Positions 42,825 through 53,919 of a DNA stretch of 64,000 bases are shown one piece after another. The stretch is from Neoechinorhynchus agilis. Taxonomy: Eukaryota > Animalia > Acanthocephala. Numbering within the stretch: the first letter of the stretch is position 1; every line of letters begins with the position of its first letter. The notes beneath the pieces are model-generated. The model had not been told where the DNA came from, did not search any database, and saw only the letters and a program-made list of their open reading frames with translations. Position numbers and translations under genes: made by a program. Location: assembly GCA_051530055.1 (NCBI GenBank), contig CM121341.1, forward strand, positions 186,001 through 250,000. The letters run 5' to 3'.

Positions 42825-44815
42825 CTTCGCCATTAAAATTGTTTTGTTCTCCAACCATAAGTTCGGAGGATGTCCTGTTTGCATTATTGAGTTGAAGAGT
42901 ATGGTCAAACCAACGTAGTGCGCTTCGAGTGCCTTGACGCTCCTGAGTGATATTTTGTCCGGTCCAAGTGCATTTCCAGGTTCAATTCCTCGGATGGCGT
43001 TTTCAATTTCTTCTTTTGTTATAACGGGCACATTTTGAAGTAAAATTGGATCGTCAGGAGAGTTGTCCTCTATTAAATACGACTGGTTATCGCCTTCGAA
43101 GAGAGCGCCGTAATGCTTTATCGCCGTCGATGGATTAATATTCGGCATTGATAATCTCGCATCTTTAAAAATTTCGTTTGCAAGACGTGCAGTATCATTG
43201 AAATATAGGGCGCGGTTACGCTGCCTCTCATTATTCTTCGATTGCCGTTTATTCAGTGCGCGCATTCGAACGCATTGGTATAGACCGGATTCATCAATCC
43301 AAATATTGAATGACGATTTCGCAATTGTTCCTGAACGAATCCTTTGAGGAGGATCAATATTTGGGCCATTGATTACAAAATCGCATTCATATGCTGAAGC
43401 GGCTTTATAAAATTAAATGTTGCGAGAGCACTTGACAATTCTTCAATGCCTCAATCGCAGCCTCAATTGTAATGTTAGCATCCTGTAATCTTTCGCAAAG
43501 GATCTCGAATGTTTCAAGTTTCGCCCCGATTTCTTCAAGAAGACGAATTTGTATTTTTCAGTATAGGGATGGGTTGCCAAAAACATGAAAGGCCGCTGCA
43601 TATAATGCAATTGTTGGTGATTTCCTCAGTTTTATAATTCGAAGCCCCAATTCTTTGGCTTTTGAAATCGTTTTTGATTCGAATGTATTTGTCTTTCCAC
43701 ACCTCAAATAGTTGCTATATCTTGCTTCAAATTCATCAACAAATTCTCTATCAATTGATCCTGATTGATTTCGCATTATTTCTTGTTCCTTTTCTATTTA
43801 GTTTCTATACCGAGGGTGCATCCTATCATTTACTGGGGAGCTAAGTAAGAACTCGAAGAATTCCTCCGAAGTAAAATTGCTTTGCTAGGCACCCTTAGAG
43901 ATCCACAGGGTCCATTTTCATTCTCTGATTGTAATGAGGTAGATATAATGTCCGCTGTCGCAAGCTTAATAGGCAGAGTTGGGGAAGCTCATAAGTTGAG
44001 GTAGGTATCGCGGCTGAAGTTTTTCTGGAAAATGAGGTACAGAACGTGTGTCGGGAGCACGAGCTTCAATATCATTTTCTCTTCCGCAAATCTTTGTCAA
44101 CGATGGTTGCCCAAGTTGAAGTATACACGATGCGTCTGATAATCGTTTGCGACATGGAATGTCAGCAACTTTGCATTGCATCTTTTGGTCCTCTTCTGTA
44201 GGGGTAATAACAGACTCATTGTTCACAGCAGGAATTTCGGCAGTCTTAAACCTTTTCAAACAATTTTTTTGCACTGACTAAAGTGATTGCGCGCACATAT
44301 AAAGGAGAACGAGCGATGATTTTGACAATTATGGCAGCGAAATTCGATTTCCGTGCAGTCGTGATCGTCCTTAGGTGCTCAATGACGAAATTATACTGTC
44401 CTAGTATAACAATTTTCAGTGGACACGCAGGCAAGAAACTGGGCCTCCAGCACCAAAGTATTCAACAGTTACCGAACTTTTCTTTTCGTGGTCGCTTTTG
44501 TATCGATTTTTGTCATAAGCGCGCCTTGTGTTGTCTGGGAATCGTTCCTGACACCTTTTGAGATGAGGCCCCATTGATCATACCTCCGGGCATTCATACA
44601 CACGGCAGATTGGACAAATCCACATAGTAACATTGTGCTTATGAACGGTGGCCTGGTGTTCATTGAAGAGTTTAACACTCGATTTGCCAACCGCCATAAG
44701 ATCACAATCCCCACATTTCAATCCATACTCTTGAGAAATGGGGTATATCATTTTGTGGTCGTCTTTCACACCATCAGTCGCTTGTACTGTACCCGAGACG
44801 ATAGCTCTTGAGGTT
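42825..44815 (-). mobile_element. R2-like element D, degenerate 5' half (zinc fingers to pre-RT region), frameshifted
   Basis: Fragments match element A by eye: YPISQEYGLKCGDC...H...H...WICPIC, ACPLKIVILGQYNFVIEHL, RNQSGSIDREFVDEFEARYSNYL, LGLRIIKL, RNRALYFNDTARLAN, GPDKISLR, WLENKTILMAK. It stops before the RT core, at the satellite junction. Confidence 0.9.
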
Positions 44816-45004
44816 TGTTGAGCTTCAGCCAGCTGTTGAGACCGCTGTTGGATTGTGTGGTCATTATGTTGACGTGCATCTGAAGCGGATTGTGGTGATA
44901 TCTAACAATTCTTTGGCGCCTTCATATCCGCCGTTTGATCCGCACTTCGCGACCTTGCACTTTTGTACAATAAAAACTCTAAGGTTTCTATATTATTCTC
45001 AACA
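44816..45004 (+). mobile_element. Probable 5' LTR (189 bp) of a Ty3/Gypsy element
   Basis: Perfect 7-bp terminal inverted repeat TGTTGAG...CTCAACA, AATAAA near the 3' end, and a gag ATG 33 bp downstream. Confidence 0.7.
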
Positions 45005-45037
45005 ATTTATTGTGCAAAAAGCCACCTTTCGTCAATA

Positions 45038-45772
45038 ATGGCAGAAAACTCTCCAACGTCATACACCTCGTCGAGAACAGATGATTCCTCGGGGATCTTC
45101 AAGGAAACGTTTCGACCGGAACGGTTTGACATCTTGCCACATGAATCCGGATCAGAAAAACATTACAAGTTGTGGAAACGAAACTTCCAGTTCCTCTCTA
45201 ATCAACCTTCCAATAAACAAATTGAAAAACTGGAACTACTGTTTCTGTCTGTTGGCAGTATCGTCTATGAACTACTTGAGGATAGCAAATCGTATGATGA
45301 AGCTATGAACACTCTGGAAAAGTTGTATGAGCGAAAGCCAAACAAAATCCTGGCTCGACATCTATTGACGATGCGTAATCAAAACGACGACGAGGATATC
45401 GACTCATTCATACAAGCCTTGCGCTTGTTGGCCCGAGATTGCGTATTCGAAAATGTATCAAATGAACAATATCGCAACGATGCGATAAGGGATGCGTTTA
45501 TATCCGGATTAGAATCCGACTCGATCCGTCAACGTTTGTTAAAAAATGAAGATCTGGATTTCGATAGAGCTCTTCAACTCGCAAAATTCCTACAAATCTC
45601 TTACGAAGAACTAGAGCAATACAACCGTCGTTCCGAAGTGTCGATCAATGCTGTGCCTTCCGAAACTGATTGCTATTTCAGAAATATTGAGGAGGAAGAG
45701 ATGAGCGCTGCTCTCAATCGCCGGGCAAGTTCTCCCAAGAGAAAATGTTTCTTCTGTGGGGGTGGAATGTAG
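45038..45772 (+). pseudogene. Ty3/Gypsy gag-like ORF, truncated within the CCHC knuckle
   Basis: RPERFD...YKLWKRNF, ARHLLTMRNQNDDEDIDSFIQALRLLARDC, IRDAFISGL...IRQRLL and a terminal KCFFCG are typical gag features. Confidence 0.85.
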
Positions 45773-46062
45773 AGTAGCTTCGTTCTCATTCGCAATGTAA
45801 TGAATTCGCTCCTTTACACCCGATTGCTTCTCCCTGTCACCTTCTTCTATCACTGGCATCCTGGAAAATATGTGAGCGTAAAAGTTCCTTTTACCAGGAA
45901 CATCTTCGATCTCACTCTCATAACATGACAATGCTAGGGCCCAACGAACAAGGAGTGAATTTTCTACAATGGACAGAACTCGATATCGACCGAAAATAAA
46001 CTGCAAGGGTTTGTGGACCGTGAACATAGTAAAATGATTTCCATGAAGATAATCATGAAGAC
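45773..46062 (-). pseudogene. Inverted Gypsy RNase H C-terminal fragment
   Basis: The minus strand reads RLHDYLHGNHFTMFTVHKPLQFIFG...RWALALSCYESEIEDVPGKRNFYAHIFSRMP, matching the Gypsy RNase H pattern YLxGxxFxxxTDHKPL...RWxxxL...PGKxN..AD.LSR. Confidence 0.85.
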
Positions 46063-46411
46063 GTAACTATGACTTTCTCTATTGTAAAGGCATTTTGGAC
46101 ATAGACGAACCAAGGAATCAAGAAAGCTCATGCTAATCACTTAAGGCTCAGGGAGATTGGAAATGCTGTTCAATTAGGTCTGAAAGATGAGGCAGAAGAC
46201 CTGGAAAACACGATTCCCATGTGGAACAGCGAAAAGAAAAGGGAGAAACAGAGGGGCCGAAGAAGTTAGTGAGCAGAATGAACCCTTAGATCAGAAGGTG
46301 GAACATAATGAAAATGAATTGACGGATCGGAAGGACGATATGGATTTCCGACCAAGACGAAGCACGCGAGTACGATCGAAACCCGTTAGACCGCACGATG
46401 TCCTCCTTTAA
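46061..46411 (+). pseudogene. Gypsy integrase C-terminal tail, degenerate
   Basis: TNQGIKKAHANHLRLR and a terminal PRRSTRVRSKPVR, followed by a polypurine tract. Confidence 0.7.
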
Positions 46412-46582
46412 AAAAGAAGGGGAACGAATGTAGTGGACATCCTATAGTGCACAATGGACTAATCAATAATGTGGGTTTAAACAACGAACTGAGTGTGTGT
46501 TGCAGATATGAAGGGGGCGTTGATTAGCGAATAAAACAAGTTGGTTTCAATCATGACAGTTAGTTTCCGCACAATATCAACA
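46410..46582 (+). mobile_element. Polypurine tract (46410-46424) and 3' LTR (46429-46582, 154 bp)
   Basis: AAAAAAGAAGGGGAA is followed by TGTAGTGG...AATAAA...ATCAACA. The 3' end of the LTR is inferred from the ACA terminus. Confidence 0.7.
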
Positions 46583-47269
46583 TTTAGGAGAATCGAGTTG
46601 GGGGTAGTATTGGTGCCAGTGGCACCGAGAAGCGAATCTCAGAGCAGTTGAATGCAGAGGACCATCGGGAACATAAATAATCTCGAACGTGTATAGAGGC
46701 TTTCAACGTAGCGATTTAATTAGGTTGGCCTGATTTCAAAGAGTTTAAAAGAAACTCGAAACTGTCCATAGGTTCAATGCTGAATTTTTTAACAGTTTTT
46801 TATGCAACACCTAAGAATGCAAATAAAATAGCTGTTAATTCAAAAAAATCGATCATAAAGATTACATGACCACTTTTCGCAGATTAATTTTTTAGCTTAA
46901 AAATGACGACAAAAATTAAAACCCGCGCCAAATCATTACACTGGCCGTGAATTCTTCTGTTTTTTCGCACCTTCGAAAACGCCGTCAGCTTTCTATCGCT
47001 ACATTCGTGTTCGTCACATCGCTCTTTTTTGTTCTCCGGCGAATCGGGCTGCTTTGGAGCTGGTGGTAGATTTGTACCAAGTGCAGATGTTTCAGCGGAT
47101 CGATGTAAGTAATTTTTCTCGAAATTATTGGCAGCGTTGTTTTTCCCATTTTCTTCTTAAAAATGTACTGCTTTATAGCTATAGCCGCCGAGTGCTTTAA
47201 ATCAAACCTTTGCTTGAATAAAGTTTTGTAGTGACTATTGAATACCAGCTGCCAATCGCTACAGAATCG

Positions 47270-50200
47270 GCAAATTTAGTTTATATTTTTATTTCTTTAT
47301 TATTTCAATCTGGTTTTGTTAGTTGGTCGATATTCCTCTGTTGTTTTTTAACTTGTAGATTGTTTTTAACAATCGTAGAGAACAAGTTCACCCCATGAAG
47401 TGGTTCTGTAATTGCATTGGTTTCTGTGCTGCCGTTATTGGCGTGGTTAACGTGATCTATTCCGATAAACTGAACACACGTAGTCTTTTTAGTAGTACCG
47501 TCAAGTTCCTTCCTCGTGTTCCGACTACCAATCTGATTGTCTTAACATCGTGTTTTTTGAAATCGTATTGAGTTGCAATTTTTTCAGCGATAACTTTGTA
47601 TTTTGTTTCTTTTTCCGACATAATATTCTCGGTTGTCTTTTGTCGTCTCAGTGCACCGTAAAATCTATGATGTTTCCCTTTTTCCCGCGATCTAAGAATA
47701 TAATATCCGGTTTTTGGAGGTGACATTAGTTGTCGTAGATACGGTTTTCGGTAAGAACCCATCTAAAGTGTCCTTGGACTGCATCATGACGCTCTATCAT
47801 TTTCGTTGTATTTTTCGAGCATTGGTAGAGCACATGAATTTGGATCTCTGCTTGTGCAGTGCAGTTTCTGCAATTCTTACTTCGAGCATTGTTCATCCAA
47901 GACAGATTTGATGCTACCTCTAACAGTTGATACCGCATTGTGTAATTGTGATGGTTGTGTGGCCGGTATCGAAAAGTTAGCGCCGGATGATTGAAATGCC
48001 ATCCGTGAACGCGTCCATTCCTAGGTATTGAGTTGATGCGTTTTCCCACATTTTCTTGAGGTATTCTATATAGATGTTTCTCATGTTTTTCATTGAGGAT
48101 CCAGCGGTGCTGGTAAAATATTCCCCGAGATTTTTGTAAAGACGATGGTCCTCGTCGAGGTTTTGATACATCATTCCGTATCTTGTGTTCAACAGCATTT
48201 GCCTTCTCCGTGATGGTCGTGGCCCCGACGAACGCCGCCTCATATTTGAGGTTTCGTACAGCGGCCTCCATATCACGTGTAAATGAACCATTTTTATCAG
48301 TTGGTACGAACGAATTGTAATTGCGATATTTGTCACGTTTATCTCTCTTATCCACTCGGATGTGCTCAGTTTCACCAACAGTATTCTTTGCCCTACTCAT
48401 ATAAGCCAAGAAGGCCGTACCTAAGTCAACTGGACTGTTGGGCAACGACTCTAAATCAAGGTCGTCATTGTAAGTTGTCATGACTGGCAGATCATCAAGA
48501 TGGGATAATGCCTGAAACTCCTCTTCGATTTTCTCTATCATGGTCAAACTGGAATCAATTTTGAGCTGGGCTACCCTAGACTTTTCCAGAATTCCGAGTA
48601 ATATAGGATCACGAGGACGTTTGATTAACGATTCTCGTGTAGACTCGACTTGCCTCTGATTCTGGGAGAGGATCTCTTTAAACTCAATCCTTTTCTTAGC
48701 CAATATTTTACTGACTGTCGAGCGAAATTTAGCTCGTATTTGCGTGTGATTAGAACTGCGTATGAGATCAGTAGGGGAAGCACCAAAAATTTGAGTAACG
48801 ACAGAAAGTTGATCTTGTTGTGTCAAAGTACTTTCGGATAAATCCGTAGAGCCAGAATTGACATCTTTAGGAGGCAAGACCACAACGGGATCACCTTCAA
48901 TCTTCTTTTCAGTAAGAGGGGATGGGAGCGAAGGCCCAATTATCGATTCAACAAGATGAGGAAGAATAGTGGCTATAACCGCCCTAGCCCTAGAGAGCAA
49001 TCTTCTAGTAACCATTGATATGCGGGCTTGGCGGGTAGTGAGAGCCTCAAATGTAGGGCAGAAAACACCCAAGCCAGTAATGAGACCACCAGCCATCAAT
49101 TCTTCTTCCGAAAGGAGTTTAAGCTTAAAGAGTTGAGCGGCAACGAGAACACGTATGAGGAGGAGGGTCGAGGTGTTGCGCTTAATTTTAATCGTGTGAT
49201 TGGATTTAGTTCCATCAAACACTTCACGAACGGACAGTTCATCGTCCATGTCAAGATCTGCGAATGTCCGATGAAAAAGATGATGAGCCCAACCATGAAT
49301 GTTCTGGAATGAAGAGGCAGATTGCCCTATCCTTTTACCACAGTCAATGCATGTCTTACGAGCTACGACATACAAATCATAATAATCACTAGGACTAAGA
49401 AGAGTTTCAGGACTGAAATGTTGCTCGTATTTGCTTATTTCACTCGATTTCAAGATACAGGGGCGAGCTATATCTTTATAGAAAGCGAGGAATGCGTCAA
49501 GGAAAGCTCTCCTTTCAATGAAGGGCGTATCCGTAGGCAATACAGCCATTTCAAAACCACCCTGTCTAAAAGCTAGTCCTCGAAGAGAAGAGTCGGCTCC
49601 GTATACATCGTCAGGGTGACAAGAGAATACAGTGAGGGCGAACTCAACCATACTCTTCTGCGAACCCGTAATCAGACGATAGATACTTAAAGCCTTCAAA
49701 TTAGATGAATCTCCGGTAGATGGTGGCACAACGGCCTCTGGTAAAGAAGACCCGGCAACAGAGGTCGACGACAATGGGATGGTTGCCTCAACGTTAGAAG
49801 TCGAAGGTGGCGGAGCAGAAGCTATTTGACAAGGCTCTACACCAACATGCGAAATCTGAACGGGTTTAGCGAATTGCGGCTCACGCACGGTGGTGGTCTC
49901 CACCGTATACGTCGCCTCAAGAGAAATATTCGACTCGCGCTGGGCAGTGGTCTCTGCCTTTGGCGCCGTCTGGGCCGCGGGTGTCTCATCTATCACATTT
50001 ACACGATTGGCGTTAGCAACGTCCACTGACACACCTCGCGCGCCCCTCAACCCGTATATAGCGTTAAATCGTGCAACGAGTTGGTCTCTTGACATATATG
50101 GTGTACCTCGAAGATTGGCGGTAGGATTGTCTTCGAGAATATACCCAGTAGGTTGGCGCACCTTCGGGGCCTTGGGGGTCAAAGGTTCTCCCAATGGTTG

Positions 50201-53200
50201 CGCAGAAGCACTCACACGACTAATATCTACAGCTTTATCACCCTTGGGCAAGATGGAAATGACAGACCTCACATTCCGAACGGGAGAGAGAGGTACGTTA
50301 TATACCGGAGTGTATCCGTATAGAGAACGACCCTGCACCTGCTCGTACGGAATATAAGTTCCCTCACTTATCATCTTTTCCAACATGCGAGCATGAGTTA
50401 AGTTTGAATCACGATGTTGCATGGAGAAGAGTTGGTTCTTACCGAATGCTTTATCGACAAAAAACTCAGTCCTCGTTTGCTTCTCCACTGCTCGTCAATA
50501 CGTGTCAAGTTAGTAGACGATATGTCCCAGGATGCTTCGAGCTCAGCAATCAGGGCCTGAGTTTGCGTAAGTTGGGCACGCTCCGTAGCAGCAGAAAGAG
50601 ACCTCAGAAGGTCTAAACCCTCCTCCAATGTAATTTCCTTCAATGGAGTGCCCCCGTGGTATTTTACTGGATCCCTTTCCATGATGGCCTTTAGCTTTAT
50701 GCCGTTTACCCTTAATTTAGATTCACGGTCCACCATGAGCTTAGAGCTTTTGTAACTATGATGATATGTCAGACACTTATCAGGGCTCAAGAAAAGCTTG
50801 CATTCTTTGAGCTTACTTTGAAGAGTGTCTATCATTGCTTGGAGGTCCGGATAATTGTCAGCTAATAATAGTACGTCATCTGCATATACCAAATGCGACA
50901 GGCGATGGTCTTTCTTTAGCTGGCATCCCGTATCGAGTTTTCGGACGTCATGCAGTGCCTCGTCTACGCACAGCGCGAACAGCAAAGGAGAGAGGGGGTC
51001 CCCTTGCTTTACTCCTCTCAAGAAATTAATGGGATCTGAGGGTCTGGCGTTAGACATACGGATCCTCGTAGTACTTCCACGGTATGTGCTCATGACGTAT
51101 CTTTGCCGATACGCAAGACATCCCTTTCTACGAAGTGCTTCCTCTACAGCAGCGTGCGAAACGGTGTCAAAAGCACTCTTGATGTCAAAAACAGCTACTG
51201 CGAGAGGTTGCTTGTTTGCCCGCTTTTCTCTTACTACACTACGGAGAGTGAGAAGATTGGCCATACATGCCGATCGGTCAAACGCCGTTTGTCCTTCGTC
51301 CAGAGAGCATACTCTACGAAGCCGTTGCAGAATAATGCGGTGCAGGACGCGCATTAAAACGGAGGAGATCGTAATTGATCTCTAGGTCGACTGAGTTGGT
51401 AGCTTCTCCGGTGACGCACTTGATTTGGGCAACAGAATTGTTTTTGACTCACTCCATGATTGTGGATGGCCTCCATGTTGCATGACGAAGTTGAAAAGCA
51501 ACGTCGTGCCCAGAAGTAGCGGATCGAATGTGCGAACATCACGAACCGTTATCTTATCCGGACCCGGTGCGCTTGAAGCTTTGATGCTTTTAAGGGCATC
51601 TTCAACCTCCACCGTTGTGATTACCGGCCACCGCATTTCGAGCGACTGCTGTTGATATGCAACAGTACTTTCCAGCAGACGCTCAGTCCAATGCTCCCTT
51701 CGTATAAAGGACGATAATGATCAACTGTTTCTTGATGACTCAGTTGACACTCTTCGCTCAGTATTTTTATACACTTCGGCTGCCAACTTTGAAGTGTTTG
51801 CGTAGTAAAGAGTTCGATTTCGTCTCCCCTTGAGCATACCGTCCTGGAACCTCGTAATTCGGCGACACCTAACACACGGGTAGGTGCCCGATTCGTTCGT
51901 CCACACGTTGTACGCGTGAGTTCCGATTCCGGGGCAAAAGATTCGACGCACTTGTCGTTCATAAGGCGAGCGTCAGAGACGCTTTGCGCAACTTGCGCAT
52001 AGTACTCTGTCTTGAACCTCCATTGTTATTTTCGTCACTACGTTTTTCTGCAATGAATAATTGCCCATCACGTGGTAGGCAATAGCACAGAGAGCCTGCC
52101 TCGGACCTTTCCTCAACTTGATTTTAAAACCAAGCTGTCGCGCCTGGGAAACTTCCGGCACCCCAACACTACGGCCACACCGAAGACACTGTGCATATTG
52201 CGTAACAGCAGCGTCAATAGTCTCCATTAATGGATCCGTCCGATCGACGGGGGATTTCTCTCTCCGTCTCAAGGAAACCCTTGTATCTTGGATGAAAGTT
52301 TTTCTTGTTCAGCACATCCAGTACGCTCTCATATGCCTCGACCACTGTAAAAACAGATGGCTCGACTTTACAGTCTGCCTCTGCTGTTTCCCCTTCCCAC
52401 TGGCGTAACGACTGTGTCATATGAAGAACACGGCAATTCCTTGCCACCTACAATGGTAGGAACGGACAGAAGATAGGCTTCCTTCTGTTAGGACTTCAAA
52501 TATCCCCGGGGGTTCGCGCTCCTCGCTAGCCAGCTCGATGACCGATTGTTCGATTGATGGATCCATTATTTAGTTTCTTTCCTTTAAAGTCACGGATACA
52601 GCCACCTTGCTCTCGACGCCTGCAGGCGTTCATATGACTACGCATTGACACATAGTTTTCTGACTTATATGTCGAACACGCCGGGCACTGAAACCACACT
52701 CAGGTTGCTCCGTGTTCGAACATAAGATGTTCTTTCAATACTTTTGTCCGGTTACTTCAGTGGAACGTGGCATTACATTCTCGGCATTTCACTGGTCCCT
52801 CTGGTTCTGTGCTTTCTATCATCAAGCCACCTTTGCCTACTAAAAGGGCTACCTTTTCGACTGTATCGTCATCATACAACGCTTTTGCCTTTGCATGATG
52901 CTTTTTCGAGCACGTTTTGTAATGTTGGTCAATAGAGCCTATCGCCCCTTTTTGCAAGCCCGCATATCCATCTCACCGCCTGTTTGTAAGATGGAGACAT
53001 GTGTTGGATTGTCAACTTCACTTTTGATTTTCCCGTATGTACAACTCTAGGATCGCATATTGGACATTTTATTGATTCTTGAAGAACACGATGGTACTAA
53101 AGGTACACACTTGTAAGCTGTTGATCACTCTGTAATTGTTGATGAGCGTCATCTGAAACGAGGAGCACCAAGTCCCCGGCGGAAGGGGGTGTACCAAATT

Positions 53201-53250
53201 GCTTTTCATCAATATTTAGGTTACTTGGAGAAGTCATAGTTACGTGCGCC
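47270..53250 (-). mobile_element. R2-like element C, near full length, decayed, interrupted by a 2.2-kb insert
   Basis: It starts with a 28S-like leader and ATG at 53237. It has zinc-finger remnants (KCPIC, KCREC), HPRYKGFLETE, GPDKIT, RT motifs VKQGDPLSP and YADD (ORF 50398-51354), then after the insert LDEDHRLYK, CRNC...H...C, KETKY and VVGTRG. The ORF remnant ends near 47388. The 3' end is approximate. Confidence 0.9.
48214..50430 (-). CDS. Unidentified 739-codon stop-free ORF inserted in element C
   Basis: This is the N-terminal ~80% of track ORF 47726-50488. The first ATG in the insert is at 50422. It has an S/T/P-rich linker, a CIDC-x14-H-x3-H motif and a coiled-coil-like stretch. It shows no resemblance to the R2 proteins and has no stop of its own. 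Confidence 0.8.
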
Positions 53251-53259
53251 GTTTACTCG

Positions 53260-53669
53260 TTATAAAAACAGTCATCAATTTAAAAATTAAAACACGTAAT
53301 CATGCAGTATCTTCGGATTTTTCGAAAATAACAAAAGGAAAACAGAAATCGACTGAATTGCTTAAGTGCTGCTTCAGGTTTTCGTTGTTTATATCGAAAA
53401 CCAGTTGCGATTGTTAAAAAATCAAGAGAGTATTGGTTTTGATATTGATTATTATTACCTTTGTTCGGCTTTATAGTATTAGTTACTTTCCTTCATGGTT
53501 TGCTATGTCGCTCGATGAAAAAATGGAAGGTTTGTAGGCTTCCCCTGGCTGCTGCATTGGCCATGTAGATTGCTGTTTGCCGGTTTAGGCCAAATTTTGC
53601 TAAGCGGTTGAGAAAGGTTGTTGAGAAAGATCGTCGTGACCCGATACGAATTCCAACTGTAGACCTGAA
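53260..53669 (-). mobile_element. 5'-truncated tail of a fifth R2-like family (X): last 58 codons plus 3' UTR
   Basis: Hand translation gives FRSTVGIRIGSRRSFSTTFLNRLAKFGLNRQTAIYMANAAARGSLQTFHFFIERHSKP* (stop 53493-53495). It aligns with the C-termini of A (TIGLAVGSRGTYTPELLRRL...TAVNMAKTAA) and B. Not in the ORF track. Confidence 0.85.
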
Positions 53670-53887
53670 TCACTGAATAAGTAAAGAAACAATGATGGTA
53701 GTGGTATTTCACCGACGCGGCCTCCCTCCTATTCTACGCCCATCATGTTTCTTCACAGAGACTGACTAGAGTCAAGCTCAACAGGGTCCTCTTTCCCCGC
53801 CGTTACTCTCCAAGCCCGTTCCCCTTGGCTGTGGTTTCGCTAGGCTGCAGACAGGGACAGTAGGAATCTCAATAATCCATTCATGCA

Positions 53888-53919
<32 letters not shown>
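53670..53919 (-). rRNA. 28S rRNA fragment (250 nt) starting exactly at the R2 insertion site
   Basis: TAGCCAAATGCCTCGTCATCTAATTAGTGACG...GACCCTGTTGAGCTTGACTCTAG...GGTGAAATACCACTAC...TTACTTATTCAGTGA. Confidence 0.96.

Noticed and set aside
47106-47178. Intron-like GTAAGT...pyrimidine-rich...TTTATAG on the plus strand
   Set aside because: There are no credible flanking exons or open frame, and such signals are common in AT-rich DNA.
47726-50488. The 920-aa track ORF as one functional fusion protein with an R2 CCHC knuckle
   Set aside because: The first 22 or so and last 160 or so codons are R2 sequence, read partly out of frame and carrying deletions. The fusion looks incidental, so only the insert is reported.
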